From an uncultured Planctomycetota bacterium (GTDB taxonomy: Bacteria; Planctomycetota; Phycisphaerae; Phycisphaerales; SM1A02), in contig CAVONJ010000004.1 of assembly GCA_963697235.1 (NCBI GenBank), forward strand, positions 48,781 through 112,780: a stretch of DNA of 64,000 nt, read 5' to 3'. This document shows, piece after piece, positions 8,973-21,483 of this stretch. Positions within the stretch are counted from its first letter, which is position 1; each line of letters begins with the position of its first letter. The position numbers and the translations under genes are program-made. Below the pieces are notes generated by a model. The model was given only the letters and a program-made list of their open reading frames with translations. It did not search any database and had not been told where the DNA came from.

Positions 8973-9836
8973 TCAACGTGCCGCTGCGATCCCCGCGTGG
9001 CCGCGATCGAGTGCGACACCGAGGGAGCGCGTGGCGTCCTTGCTGAACTGATTGCGCGGCTGCGCCGGGCTGGGCTCCTCGATCTCCGCCTCGACGCCAA
9101 GGCGCTCCGCGGCCAACTTCGCCCAGTCCGACCAGCGCGCGTAGCAGTCGACGAGGTTGTACGCGCGGCCTGCGGTCTGCGGGTTCCCCACACAGGCGAC
9201 GGTCGCCGCGGCCACGTCTTCCACGTGCACGAACTTGCCGCCACCGGGGCGGTCGAAGCGGCCGGAGGTCCGGAGCGACTCGATGATCGGAAAGCCGATC
9301 GACCGGGCGAGGCGCGGATCGATGCCGTACACGCCGCACGGTCGCAGCGCACACGTGTGCTGGTTGCGGCCGTAGAACGCGGCCCACAGGTGGCTCTCCA
9401 CCGCAGCCTTGTACGCGCCGTAGAGGGTGCCGGGCCGGAGCGGGTGATCTTCGTCGATGAACCCTTGCCAGCGGGGCCGCATGTCGTGGTGCACCGCGAT
9501 CGTGCTCATGAAGATGAACTGGCGGGGAGCGGCGGTGTGCAGCAGCTGGAGCGACGACACCAGATTGCTTTGCAGGTGCCGATCGAGATCGACCGGCTCC
9601 TTGAGGGCCTTCCAGTCCACGCTGTTGTGAATGACACAGTCCGCATCCTCGAGCAGGTCCGGCCAGACCGATCGATCATCCTGCGTTCCCACGACGAATC
9701 GGTCCACATCGTCCTCGATGTGATCCCGGCGACTGGATGAACGAACCAGCCCGATCACCTCGTGGCCGGCCCCCTTCAAATGTCGGGCGATGGCCGAGCC
9801 GATGAATCCAGAGACGCCAGTCAGCGCGACACGCAT
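8973..9836 (-). CDS. NAD-dependent epimerase/dehydratase family protein (SDR)
   Basis: AGGAG RBS then ATG. MRVALTGVSGFIGSAIARHL (GxxGxxG Rossmann motif) and the YGAYKAA catalytic YxxxK motif. 287 aa, apparently intact. Confidence 0.8.
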   Translation of the reverse strand: MRVALTGVSGFIGSAIARHLKGAGHEVIGLVRSSSRRDHIEDDVDRFVVGTQDDRSVWPDLLEDADCVIHNSVDWKALKEPVDLDRHLQSNLVSSLQLLHTAAPRQFIFMSTIAVHHDMRPRWQGFIDEDHPLRPGTLYGAYKAAVESHLWAAFYGRNQHTCALRPCGVYGIDPRLARSIGFPIIESLRTSGRFDRPGGGKFVHVEDVAAATVACVGNPQTAGRAYNLVDCYARWSDWAKLAAERLGVEAEIEEPSPAQPRNQFSKDATRSLGVALDRGHAGIAAAR

Positions 9837-10036
9837 GGAGGTTGCTCCTGCCCGATCGGGAGGGGGACGCCAGGGGGAAGCGGAGAGGACGCAGCGTTCA
9901 ATGTCTGCGTACCCGCCGCGTCCGGGATGGTAGGGTCCGACTGCCGAGGGAGCCCTTGGGCGATTTCCAAAGCACTCCGAAGCGGCGGGGAGGAGTCGGG
10001 CGAGGACTAGAATGGCTTCTGCACCGAACGGCTTCC

Positions 10037-13000
10037 ATGTCCGCAACACCGACTGAACCAATCCGTCCGAGTCGGCGGCGACGGCTGTTTCGGGCCTTCG
10101 TGATCGGTCTGGCCGTGGTGCTCTCCCTGGGGGCGATCGCGTCCTGGGTGTGCACTCGCTCCTGGTTCCTCGAGGCCCAGATCGAGCGCACCTTGGAGCG
10201 GCTGCTCGGCGGCGACGTCGAGATCGGTGAGGTCCGCTACGAAGGCGCGGGCGTGGTGATGCTGGACGAGGTGTCGGTTCGAAGCCGGGAGCACCAGGGA
10301 CCGGCGGCCGAGGTGCTCCTGATCGAACAGGCGAAGGTCGTCATCGACGTCGATCGCCTGATGGACTTCGACGTCCAGGTGCTGGGAGTCGAGCTGGATG
10401 GCGTTCGCCTGCGGCTCAGCGAGGATCAGCACAAGGCGGGCGACTTCAACTTCATGGCGCTGAAGCCCAACTGGCAGCGGCCCTATGACATCGAGCACCC
10501 CCTTCCGCCGTACGTCAGCATCACCAACGCGACGATCGAGGTGGGCCTGCACGACGGGGATCGCTATCACGTCGTCGGCACGCGAAGCGTTCGGGGAGAG
10601 ATGGCGCCGATGTCCGAGATGGACCGGGCGCTCGGGTTCTCGCTCACGGAGACCGACCCGAAGACGGGCGACTTCCTGGACTCCGGTCTGCGGATTCACG
10701 GCCGGTGGAATGTCATCACCAACGAGTACCAGAGCCAGATCGAAGGGCTGGAGCTCAACGCCGACACGTACGCGATGTGTCCGGCCATGGCTCGCTTCTG
10801 GTGGGACCGCATGCAGCTGGAGGGACGCGTCTCACACGTGAACATCGGCTGGAACACCGCCCGGTCGCTGCTGGTGGAATTCGATGTGGAGGACGTCGGC
10901 CTCACGCTGCCGATCGAGACGGAATCCTTCTGGACCCGCTACCACGAAGGACGGATCGACCCCAGCGCCGATCGACCCCGCATGTGGGTGACGAGCGGCC
11001 GGATCTCGCTCGAACGGGATCAGTTGGTGCTGCAGGGAATGGCCGGAGAGGTCCGCAGCAGCGCGTCCAGCGCCGAGGTCGTGGGTGTGCCCTACGAGGT
11101 GAACCTGCAGATCTTCAACCTTCCGCCCCTTGACTGGAGTGAGCGCGAACAGTGGCTGGACGGCGTCCTCGCCGAGACGCCCTTTCAAATGTCGGTCAAG
11201 CTGGCTGACTTCAAGCTGATGCGCGACGCCTCGGGGCAGGTCCCTCCGGTCGACCTTCCCATGCAGGTGGCCCAGTATCTCGAGCGCTTTCACATCAAGG
11301 AAGGGCAGCTGAGCACGGAGATCGAGCTCACGCGGAAACAGGGCGATGCCGACGGACCCGCCGGCATCCAGACCGAGGGGTTTGCCTACATCCAGAAGGC
11401 ATCGGGCGCCGTGGAGGCGTTCCCCTATCCGCTGGACGACGTCGAGTCGTACATCCAGTTCGACAACGAGCGGGTGACCATTCACTTCTTGACCGGATTG
11501 GGATCGGACGAGGCGCCGATCCGAGTGCACGGGGAGATCACGCCTCCCGGCGAGAATGCCGCCATCGCGCTGCAAATCACTGCGGTCCACATACCGCTGG
11601 ACGATCGCTTCCGCTCTGCCCTCGGGCCCGAGCAGCAGAACGTGTTCGACTCGCTGCTGCACCGGCCGACCGCGGAACGCCTCTCGGCGGCGGGCGGCTT
11701 GCCTGACCTCGCTTCGGTCGCGACCGCCACCGCCGAATACCGGGACCTCGTGGAGGAACTGGAACGTCAACGCTGGGATGAGGCGGACCCGACCGAGGCG
11801 CAGCAGCTGGAGTTGGAGCGCCGGACACGTCGCGTCCGGCAACTGCAGCGGGTGATCGAGGCCGGTCCGTTTCAGCTGGGAGGCTCGGTCAACCTCGAAC
11901 TGCAGGTGACTCGGGCGGCGGGTGAAGGGGAGAAGGCGAGCCTGGACGGACGGATCGACCTCCGACGCGTTGGGCTGCTCGCCGATCGATTCCCCTATCC
12001 AATCACGATCACCGGCGGCACCCTGGATCTCTCGCCGAAGGGCGTCGTGATCCGCGAGGGCGGAAGCCCGGAGGGCGCTTCGGTGACAACGCCCGGAGGC
12101 GGGACCGGCTGGTTGACCGGTCGCATCGACTTCGTCAAGGGCGAGGGCCACGTGGCGTGGGTTCCCGACCTTCGCCTGCAGATCCTCGAGGACGAGCTCA
12201 ACCCGCTGCTGTATGCCGCCATTCCGGATGTTCGCGAGAGCGACGCTGACCGATCTCGGCCGAGCGCGGCCGAGATCCTGCGCGATCTGGGCCTCCAGGG
12301 ATCGCTTGCGTACGACGGCTGGATCGGAAAGGCGGCGGACCGCACGGGCCTGTCGTTCGCGGTCGACATCGATCTCCACGACGGCTTCGCCGCGCCCGCG
12401 CCGACGTCGCGGAGGCGTTCACGACCACGGGTCTCCGCTGGCCGGAAGGATGGATCTTCGATGAAGTCTCCGGATCGTTGCGGGTGACCGAGGACGTCGT
12501 CGAGCTGCGCGAGCTGCGCGGCGTCAACGACTCCTGCCGACTCTTCGCCAACGGGCGCATCGATCTTCGCGGCGAGCCGCGGCAGACCGCGCTGGAAGTT
12601 CGCTTCGAGGACGTGTCCATCGACGAGTTCCTCCTGAACATGGTGCCCCCCGAGACCGCCAGCCGCCTGGATCCGCTGTGGCGGCGCTATCGGCCGGAGG
12701 GCTCCTTCTCCGCGGATCTGCGCTACCAGAGCGGTGGCGAGCCGTTGCGCTTGCGGTTCACGCCCGACTTCGTCCATGTCGATCTGGACGGTCAACCGTT
12801 GACGTTGAGCCGCCGCGAGGGCCATCTCGTGCTGGGCTCTGCGCAGGTGCGGCTGTCGGACCTGGTTCTCGAAGTGACCTCGGGCGATCATCGCGAGGGA
12901 GACATCACGCTGGACGGGGTGTACCGGGTGAGCCCTGGTCCGGGGGAAGACATGCTGGAGCTGCACGGCCGCTGGGACGGTGGTCAATTCCGCAGTCCGG

Positions 13001-14452
13001 TGATCGGCGAGGCGCTCGCCCAGCTTCCTGACTCCGGTGTGGCGGAACAGTACCGGCGCCTCGAGGCAGACGGCACCTTCGATGGGGAGTTCAGCCTGGG
13101 CGTGGGCGCCGGCGAGCGATCGCACCGCTTCACCATTCAGCCGCGAACCCTCGCCGTGACGCTGGATGACCAGCGAATCTACGCAGAGTTCTCGCCCGAA
13201 TCGCGGGTCACGGCAGAGCCAGGCTTGCTGACGCTTGATCAGATCAGGGGCCGACACGCCGGCGGCGACTTCTCCGTGGAGGGCTCGATCACGCTTGCCT
13301 CGGAGATCGACGTCGACCTGCAAATCGGCTACGACGGGCGGATCACGAGCAGTCAGGTGCAGGCGATGCTGCCCAGAGAGGCGCGACGGGCGATCGCCTC
13401 GATCGCCTTCTCCGACGGCGAAGCGACGCGTCTGGAAGGGGGCCGGCTGCGTATGAGCTCCCTTGCCGGCCGACCCCGCTGCAAACACACCGCGCCAATG
13501 GCGCAGCAGCCTCGAGGGGACACTCGTGACGCGAGGCGCTGCGTTCCAGGCGGGCGTGCCGGTCGACGAGGTCAACGGCGAGTTCCAGTTTCGGGCCGAG
13601 CAAGAGCCGGAGCTGCCGACGCGGCTGACGATCGACGGCACGGGGGTCGAGCTGCACGCGCTCGGCGTCGATCTCGAGCAAGGCCGGGCCCGAATCGAGC
13701 TGTCCGAGGATGGCGGCAACCTGCTCATCTCGAATGTGAGCGGCACGGTCTTCGATGGACCGATCTCGGGGGAAGCACGCATCGGGCTCGGTCGGGACCA
13801 GCGCTTCGAAGCGTCCTTCCAGGTGGCCGGCGCGTCGCTGGCCCTCTTCAGGGAACGGCAGCAGGCGGAGCGTGCTGAAGAGTCCGCGGCCCCGGAGCTG
13901 GCAGCCGAATCGGCGCCGCGCCTGTCTGCTTCCGAGGACCGACCCGGCATGCTCTTCGGTGGAGTCGCCATCAGCGGGATTCGGGGGCGGCCTGATCTCC
14001 TTCGCGGGCGCGGAATCGTGCGGGCGATCGACAATGTCGCGCAGGTGCCGATCGCGCAGCAGGTCATGCAGCTGGTCAATCTCACCTGGCCGTTCACTGG
14101 TTCCCTCGACTTTGCGGAGGCGGAGTTCTTCATCGCCGGCCGCTCGCTCACCTTCGAGCGAATCCTCTTCGAGAGCACCGTCGGCGATTTCGCGCCGCTG
14201 CAGCTCATCGGAGAGGGGCAGCTCGACCTGCCCTCGTTGGAACTGGACACCCGATTCCGCAGCAGGGGCGGCTGGCTCATCGTGCGCGATGTCGTGGGCG
14301 GGATCGGCGATCAGCTGTACGTCATCTCGGTCACCGGCCCGCTTCACGATCCGCAGGCCGCCATCATCGCGCTGCCAACGCTGTCGGCTCCGAACACCGA
14401 ACGACGATGGCGGCAGACCGCGGCGGTGCTTGGGACCGGATCGACCGAGTAG
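10037..14452 (+). CDS. AsmA/YhdP-like giant envelope protein (~1470 aa), frameshifts near 12400 and 13450
   Basis: N-terminal TM anchor LFRAFVIGLAVVLSLGAIASWV is followed by an AsmA-like N-domain. The C-terminal region resembles the AsmA-like C-domain (GSLDFAEAEFFIAGRSLTFERILFES...LIVRDVVGGIGDQLYVISVTGPLHDPQ). Confidence 0.6.
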
Positions 14453-14615
14453 AGTGCGTGCCAGATCTGGCAGCGGGCATTGCCCATCGGGGCGGTTCTG
14501 AGCTAGATTCTTGGGCTCGACCGCGTCCAGGGACGGGATGCCCTCACACGGTTCGGACGAACTCGCCGCCCGCGGCGGCGCCAACGGATTTCCGCGGAAG
14601 AAGGGCACAGGAAGC

Positions 14616-15717
14616 ATGGCCGAACGGAAGCGAGAGCCAGACCACCCGATCCACGGTGAGGCGACGCTGAGCGACATTCACGGGCTGATCAACCGGGTTG
14701 GTGGCGATCCGGACACGTTCGACGGGCGGCTGATCACCCAGATGATGCAGACGGTCCTGCGACTGGTTCCCGAGAAGCACGACACCGGTCAGCTGAAGCT
14801 CATCAACAGCTCGCTCAAGGAGATGCGCTACGCGTACCGCGTCTTCAACCGCTACCGCGGCACGCGGAAGATCACGATCTTCGGCTCCGCCCGGACGCCG
14901 GAGGATCACCCCGACTACCTCGCCGCCCGAGCGTTCAGCTCTGCGATGGCGCCAGGCGGGCTGGATGAGCATCACCGGCGCGGGCGACGGCATCATGAAG
15001 GCCGGCCACGAAGGACCGCAGCGCGAGTCCAGCTTCGGGCTCTCGATCCGGCTGCCGTTCGAGACCACCGCCAACGAGGTCATCGAGGGCGATCCGAAGC
15101 TCATCAACTTCCGGTACTTCTTCACGCGCAAGCTCATGTTCATGAGCCACGCCGACGCGGTGGCGGTGTTCCCCGGCGGGTTCGGCACGCAGGACGAGCT
15201 GTTCGAGACCCTCACGCTCGTCCAGACCGGCAAGTCCAATCCTGTTCCCGATCGTGCTGCTGGAAGGCGAGGGACGGCGTGTACTGGCAGCACTGGGATC
15301 GCTACATCCGCAAGAACCTGCTCGCGAAAACGGCTGGATCAGCCCCGAGGATCTCGGTCTCTACCACCTCGCCACGTCGGTCGAGGATGCCGTCGAGCAC
15401 GTGCTGCAGCTTCTACCGGGTGTACCACTCCAGCCGGTACGTCGGCGCCGAACCTCGTGCTGCGGTTGCTCCGCCCGCTGACGCAGGAGCAGCTGGAGCA
15501 GCTCAACGAGGAGTTCGCGATCTTGATCAAGACCGGGCGAATCGAGCAGAGCGGACCGCTGGAGGGCGAGGAGGATCATCTGGAGCTGCCGCGCGTTCGG
15601 TTTGCCCACACACGCCACCACTTTGGTCTGATCCGCGCGGTCATCGATCGCATCAACAGCTTCGGCCGCCCGCCCGAAGAACGCTCCGCGCGGAGCGCCG
15701 AGCGGGTCCGCTCCTGA
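14616..15717 (+). CDS. LOG-family (TIGR00730) Rossmann-fold nucleotide-binding protein with a C-terminal extension, at least 3 frameshifts
   Basis: ITIFGSARTPEDHP...AGDGIMKAGHEG...INFRYFFTRKLMFMSHADAVAVFPGGFGTQDELFETLTLVQTGKSNPVP (GxGxGxM and PGGxGTxxE motifs). The C-terminal ~120 aa are extra. Confidence 0.7.
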
Positions 15718-15811
15718 GCGGCCCTCCGCTCGGGACCGATTGTTGCACTGCGGGAATCCGGTGAAAGACGCCGGCAAGGGAGCTGGCCGCCATCTGGAAT
15801 CGAAGAAGCGG

Positions 15812-16798
15812 ATGATCACCGTCCGACCCCGTGCCAACCACCATGGCCTCGTCCCTTCGCTGCGGCGGATGAGTCGTCCGGTCCTTCTCGCCGCGGTGCT
15901 CGCACTGTGGCTGCCGTCGATGGCGGGTTGCCGATCAGGCCCTTCCGAGGTGGCTGGCGGAGCGGCGGCGGAGCCAGTCGGGGGCGCCCTGGACGTCGGC
16001 GGCACTACTGAGGATGCGGTTGGTCGGCTGACGGGCAGCAACAACGGGCTCGAGCTCATCAAGTGGCTGATCGACGACCAGCCCTCGCGCATCGCCGAGG
16101 CGATGAGTCGGTATACCGAACCGGCGATGGAGGGGTCGCCGACCGACCGGGCGCTGCGGCGAAACGGGCTTCGACTCGTGCGGATTCCGCTGGACAGTCT
16201 GGATCAGCTGCGTGAGGAGCTCGGCGGCACGAAGCTCGAAACCCGCGGCTGGCACGGGCAGATCCTCGAGTGGCGTCCGCTCTATGCCTTACCCCTCGGA
16301 CGAAACCCGGTCACGATCGCGGTCGACGGCCACGTTCGAACGTACCGCGGTGGCGAGCTGGCGCTGCTGGGCCGGAGCTGGACGGTCACGATGGAGGATG
16401 GCCCGTACCTTCAGCTTGAGCTGGTTCCCGCCTACCTGCAAACGCCGCCCCCCCGCGACTACCTGCAGCTGCTGGGGACCGACCGGCCGCAGGCCACCGA
16501 GGGGTTCATCTCCATGGCCGTGGATCTGCAGCTGGATCCGGGCTTCGCATACATCCTCACCTGGGAGGAGCCCGATACGATCTGGACGGCGGCGGGCGGC
16601 AGGAGCAGCAGCAGCGAGGAAGAGGTGGATGCCTCGACTGACTCGAGCCTTCGGCCGGGTGGCATCGGTGTGGGACCGGAGTTCGAAGCGCCGCCCATGC
16701 TGGGGCAGCTTCTGTTTTCGGCGGAGTCGGGTCGTTCCGGTCGCGGTCTGCTGATCTTCGTTCCCAGGGTCCCCGCGGCGCTCTTCCCGCCCGCGTGA
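15812..16798 (+). CDS. Hypothetical lipoprotein
   Basis: MSRPVLLAAVLALWLPSMAGCRSG lipobox; start is ambiguous between 15812 and 15869. No family recognised. Confidence 0.45.
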   Translation: MITVRPRANHHGLVPSLRRMSRPVLLAAVLALWLPSMAGCRSGPSEVAGGAAAEPVGGALDVGGTTEDAVGRLTGSNNGLELIKWLIDDQPSRIAEAMSRYTEPAMEGSPTDRALRRNGLRLVRIPLDSLDQLREELGGTKLETRGWHGQILEWRPLYALPLGRNPVTIAVDGHVRTYRGGELALLGRSWTVTMEDGPYLQLELVPAYLQTPPPRDYLQLLGTDRPQATEGFISMAVDLQLDPGFAYILTWEEPDTIWTAAGGRSSSSEEEVDASTDSSLRPGGIGVGPEFEAPPMLGQLLFSAESGRSGRGLLIFVPRVPAALFPPA

Positions 16799-17832
16799 CC
16801 GCTTCCTCAGGAGTCCACGACGTGATGGACACGGAGCTGACCTCCCGCCGGATTCCAACGAGGCCGTCGCGGCGCCGCCTCCGGCGCCACGAGCCCCGCC
16901 GCCATCGGCGGACGCTTCCCTCGCTGGGCGTGCTGCCCACGTTGTGCACGCTGGGTAACCTGGTGGCCGGATTCGCGGCAATCCACTACGCAGCGCAGGA
17001 TCCGACCGTTCGTCTGCTCGGCGGCTGGTCGCCGCTCTCGCTCGCCGGCGCTCTGATCTTCCTGGGCATCTTCCTCGACGCCATCGACGGCTCGCTCGCC
17101 CGATTGACGCGCTCCAGCTCCGACCTGGGCGCGCAGCTCGACTCGCTTGCCGACATGGTCACCTTCGGCATCGCGCCCGCCTTCATGACGTTGCGTCTGG
17201 TCATCATCCACCTGCAAAGCGACGGCTGGATCATCGGTCCGGAGGCGGACACGGTCCTGGGGCGGATCATCTGGGGCGCCGCACGCGCTCTACGTCTGTG
17301 CGGCGGCTCTTCGCCTGGCCCGCTACAACGTGGAGATGAAACCCAAAGTCGTGAACGATCGCGACTACTTCCGCGGACTTCCCTCGCCGGGCGCGGCCGG
17401 TGCGCTCGCCAGCCTCATCATCCTGCACCAGCACCTCCTGGTCGTTCGTTTCGCCGCCGATGTACCGCCCGTATTCGTGAAGAGCGCCGCCATGGGAATT
17501 CCATTCATCATGATGGCCTGCGCGATCGGCATGGTCTCCTCCATTCGATACGTGCATTTCACCAACCGCTACGTTCGCGGCGCGCGGAGCTTCGGATACA
17601 TGGTGCGCCTCGTGATTCCGCTCGCGCTGGCGATCTGGTGGTTCCAGGAGACGCTCGCCGTGCTCTTCACCGTGTATGTGCTGTCCGGACCGATCGGATT
17701 GGGCCTGCGCACGCTGCGGCAGCGCCGCACGAGCGCCGGTATTTCGAGCGCACCGTGGCGTCCGGGATGGTCTCGGTGGCGACACGGGGCAGGGGCAAGG
17801 GCAGGGCCGGGCAGGGGCAGGGTCCGGGGTGA
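16795..17832 (+). CDS. pssA: CDP-alcohol phosphatidyltransferase, PssA-type (CDP-diacylglycerol--serine O-phosphatidyltransferase), frameshifts near 17280 and 17730
   Basis: FLDAIDGSLARLTRSSSDLGAQLDSLADMVTFGIAPAF matches the D-G-x2-A-R...G-x3-D-x3-D motif with the FGxAP tail typical of PssA. Hydrophobic C-terminal half. Confidence 0.7.
   Translation: MTASSGVHDVMDTELTSRRIPTRPSRRRLRRHEPRRHRRTLPSLGVLPTLCTLGNLVAGFAAIHYAAQDPTVRLLGGWSPLSLAGALIFLGIFLDAIDGSLARLTRSSSDLGAQLDSLADMVTFGIAPAFMTLRLVIIHLQSDGWIIGPEADTVLGRIIWGAARALRLCGGSSPGPLQRGDETQSRERSRLLPRTSLAGRGRCARQPHHPAPAPPGRSFRRRCTARIREERRHGNSIHHDGLRDRHGLLHSIRAFHQPLRSRRAELRIHGAPRDSARAGDLVVPGDARRALHRVCAVRTDRIGPAHAAAAPHERRYFERTVASGMVSVATRGRGKGRAGQGQGPG
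17786..17829 (+). repeat. G-quadruplex-forming imperfect (GGGGCA)n hexanucleotide microsatellite
   Basis: Eight G3-4 tracts separated by 1-4 nt: ggggcaggggcaagggcagggccgggcaggggcagggtccgggg. At the 3' end of pssA, ~100 bp upstream of the gltX start codon. Confidence 0.6.
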
Positions 17833-17926
17833 GCCTCGAGGCTCGGCACTTCCAGCTTCTTCCCGGCCACATCGAGATCTGCGTTCGACTGGATTCCCAG
17901 CCCATCGGAGATACCCTGTGCATCCC

Positions 17927-19611
17927 ATGAGCGGCCAACGCGAAGTCGTCACTCGGTTTGCTCCCAGCCCCTCCGGCCACCTGCACGTGGGCGGGGCCCG
18001 CACCGCGCTCTTCTGCTGGGCGTACGCCCGGGGGCGTGGGGGGAGGTTCATCCTGCGCATCGAGGACACCGATCGGAAGCGATCGTCGGATGCCGCCGCG
18101 CTGGAGTTCCTGCAGGATTTGAAGTGGCTCGGCATCGAGTGGGACGAAGGCCCGACCTTCGACGGCCTCGGTGGCGGGCCGAACGGCCCGTACTTCCAGT
18201 CCGAGCGTCTGGACATCTACCACCGCGTCATCGACCAGCTTCTGCAGTCGGGCGCCGCGTACCGGGCCTTCGAGACGCCGGAAGAGCTGGAGGTCGCTCG
18301 CGCCGAGGCGAGGGCGCAGAACCGCACGTTTCGTTACGAACGCGCGGCAGGTGACCTGGATGAGGCCACCATCGAACGCTACTTGCGCGAGGGGCGTCCG
18401 TACGTCGTGCGGCTGAGGGTTCCCCAGGACATCACGATCTCCTTCCGGGACGAGGTGCTGGGTGAGGTCCAAACGCCCGCGGGTGAGCTCGACGACTTCA
18501 TCATTTTGAAGGCCGATGGGTATCCTGTTTACCATTTCGCGGTGGTCGTGGACGACGAGCTGATGGGCGTCACCCATGTCATCCGCGGTCAGGAGCACGT
18601 CAACAACACGGCACGGCACGTCCTGCTGCAGGATGCCCTTGGATTCCGGCGTCCGGTCTACGCCCACGTGTCGACCATCACCAACCCCAATCGTTCCAAG
18701 ATGTCGAAGCGGGACAAGGACAAGGCGCTGCGGGCTGCGGTGCGCGAACGAAGGCTCGAGGAGCCGCCGACGAGGCCCGGCAGCACCGAACCGGCGGTCG
18801 CGCGGGAGCACTGGAGCTGGTGGCTGTCCGATTCCGACCATCAACTGGAGCACGATGCCGCGATCGAGCTCGCGGAGGCGCTGCAGATCGACCTGCCCGA
18901 GATCAACGTCGACGATTTCCGCCGCTCGGGCTACCTCCCCGAAGTGCTCGTCAATTACCTGGCGCTCCTGGGCTGGTCGCCGGGCGAGAACCTCGAGAAG
19001 TTCGCTGCCCATGTGCTGATCGAGCGATTCGATCTGGATCGGCTCATCAAGTCCTCGGCGACGTTCGATCGGGAGAAGCTGCTGGCATTCAACCTCGACT
19101 TCATGCAGACGATGAGCACGGAGGAGTTCCGGGAGCGGTTTCGACGGCACTGTGGGGAGTTCCATCCCGAGTTCCTGGAACGTCTCTCGCCGGAGAACTT
19201 CGACCGCCTGGCCGACGCGAATCACGATCGATCAAAGACGCTGGAGGATCCGATCCGCTCGTCTCTCTTCTTCATCATCGAGGACGACGCGGTGGTCTAC
19301 GAGGATTCCAAGCCGGTGCGCAAGGCGCTCTGTCCGGCGATCCGAATGGCCTCGATCACCTCCGGGCTCTGCTCCCGATCCTCGCAGAACTCGAGCCCTG
19401 GACTCATGATTCGCTGGAATCAGCGATCACCACCTACGCCCGCGAGCGAGCGGATGACAAGCTGGGCAAGGTCGCGCAGCCGCTGCGCATCGCGGTGAGT
19501 GGGGGGACGGTCAGCCCTGCGATCTTCGATACCCTTCTGATTCTCGGCCGGGACTCCGTTGTGAATCGCATGCGGCGGTGTCTCGAATTCGAAGTCAGTC
19601 GAGCATCATGA
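17927..19611 (+). CDS. gltX: Glutamyl-tRNA synthetase (one frameshift near 19325)
   Basis: [23 protein letters not shown] (HIGH motif region)...KMSKRDK (KMSKS)...C-terminal anticodon-binding region in the second frame ([24 protein letters not shown]). Confidence 0.85.
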
Positions 19612-19690
19612 CGTGCGCCGTGACCAACTCGAGCGTTCCGTGCTGGCGCGGCGACACTCGACATCCGCACAGAGGAAGGCAGCGCCTGGA

Positions 19691-21397
19691 ATGAACACCA
19701 CCGACTCCCGACCTTCGCTGGACTTTCTTCGCGCGATCGTCGACCGGGATGTTCGCGCGGGGAAGAACGACGGACGAGTCGTGACGCGCTTTCCCCCTGA
19801 GCCGAACGGCTACCTGCACATCGGGCATGCGAAGTCGATCTGCCTGAACTTCGGCATCGCCGCGGATTTCGCCGGTCGCTGCCACCTCCGCTTCGACGAC
19901 ACGAACCCGTGCAAGGAGGAAGCCCGGTACGCCGATGCCATGAAGGAGGACATTCACTGGCTGGGCTTCGAGTGGGGCGAGCATCTGTACCATGCTTCCG
20001 ACTACTACCAGCAGCTCTACGACTACGCCGAGCAGCTCATCACCGCTGGTCTGGCGTACGTGTGCAGTTTGAGCCCGGAGCAGATTCGCGAATACCGCGG
20101 CACGCTGACCGAACCGGGACGGGAGAGTCCTGATCGCAACCGGCCCGCCCGAGGAGAGCCTCGATCTCTTCCGCCGGATGCGGGCCGGCGAGTTCGACGA
20201 CGGCGCGTACGTCCTGCGGGCCAAGATCGACATGGCCTCGCCCAACGTGAACATGCGCGACCCGGCGCTGTACCGGATCCGACGGGTACACCACCACCGC
20301 ACCGGCGACGCGTGGTGCATCTATCCGATGTACGACTACGCGCACTGCCCTCTCGGACGCGATCGAGGGGATCACCCACTCGATCTGCACGCTCGAGTTC
20401 GAGGACCACCGCCCGCTCTACGACTGGGTGCTCGACGAGCTGCCGGTACCCTGCCATCCGCAGCAGATCGAGTTCGCCCGGCTCAACGTGAGCTACATGG
20501 TCACGAGCAAGCGCAAGCTGCTCCAGCTGGTGAACGAGGGTCACGTGCGACGGGTGGGACGATCCCCGCATGCCGACGATCGCCGGCCTGCGGCGGCGCG
20601 GCTACACGCCGAGGCTCGATCCGGACCTTCTGCGATCGCGTCGGCGTCGCGAAGCGGGAGAACCTCGTCCGACATCGCCCTGCTCGAGCACACGCTGCGG
20701 GAGGAGCTCAACCGGGACGCGCCGCGGGTGCATGGCGGTGCTTCGTCCGCTGCGGGTGGTCATCGAGAACTATCCGGAGGACCAGGTCGAGCGAGCTCGA
20801 GGCGGTGAACAATCCCGAAGATCCCGGCCAGGGCACGCGAATCGTCCCGTTCTCGCGCGTGATCTACATCGAGCAGGATGACTTCCTCGAGGATCCGCCG
20901 CGCCAAGTTCTTCCGGCTGGCGCCGGGACGCGAGGTGCGGCTGCGCTACGGCGTACTTCATCACCTGCCACGAGGTGATCAAGGACGAGCACGGGCGAGA
21001 TCGTCGAGGTGCGGTGCACGCTACGACCCGGCCACGCGCGGCGGCAACGCGCCCGGACGGGCGCAAGGTGAAGGGAACGCTGCACTGGGTGTCCGCGGCC
21101 CACGCGCTCGCGGCGGAGGTTCGCCTGTACGATCGGCTCTTCTCGAGCCCCGAACCGGGCGCCGATGGTCCCGAGGGTCAGGACTTCCGCGCCGATCTGA
21201 ACCCGCAGTCGCTGATCACGCTGACCGCCTGCTCAGGTCGAGCCGAGCCTGGCGGACGCGAAGCTGGAGCAGCCGTACCAGTTCGAGCGGCTCGGCTACT
21301 TCTGCGCTGGACCCCGACGCCCGGCCCGGAACAGCTGGTCTTCAACCGCACCGTGACCTTGCGGGACACCTGGGCGAAGATCCAGTCCGCCGGGTGA
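19691..21397 (+). CDS. glnS: Glutaminyl-tRNA synthetase, at least 8 frameshifts
   Basis: [28 protein letters not shown]...RFDDTNP...[15 protein letters not shown]...[11 protein letters not shown]...LHWVSAAHA...[16 protein letters not shown], across three frames. Confidence 0.85.
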
Positions 21398-21483
21398 CCT
21401 GCCGCCAACAGGAGCTGCGACCGTGACACCGCTGGAGAAGAAGCCCGCCGCGATCGAACGCGGGCGTCGAGCCGAGCCAGAGC

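Noticed and set aside
8964-9740. 258-aa plus-strand ORF antisense to the epimerase gene
   Set aside because: The epimerase on the minus strand has an RBS, GxxGxxG and YxxxK; the plus ORF has no features.
10832-14280. Long minus-strand ORFs (515 aa and 761 aa) inside the AsmA-like gene
   Set aside because: Antisense to a gene with clear N- and C-terminal family features. Their compositions are Arg/Ala/Gly-dominated, with no start signals.
17267-19225. 652-aa minus-strand ORF antisense to gltX
   Set aside because: gltX on the plus strand has the class-I synthetase motifs in this region; the antisense translation is low-complexity.
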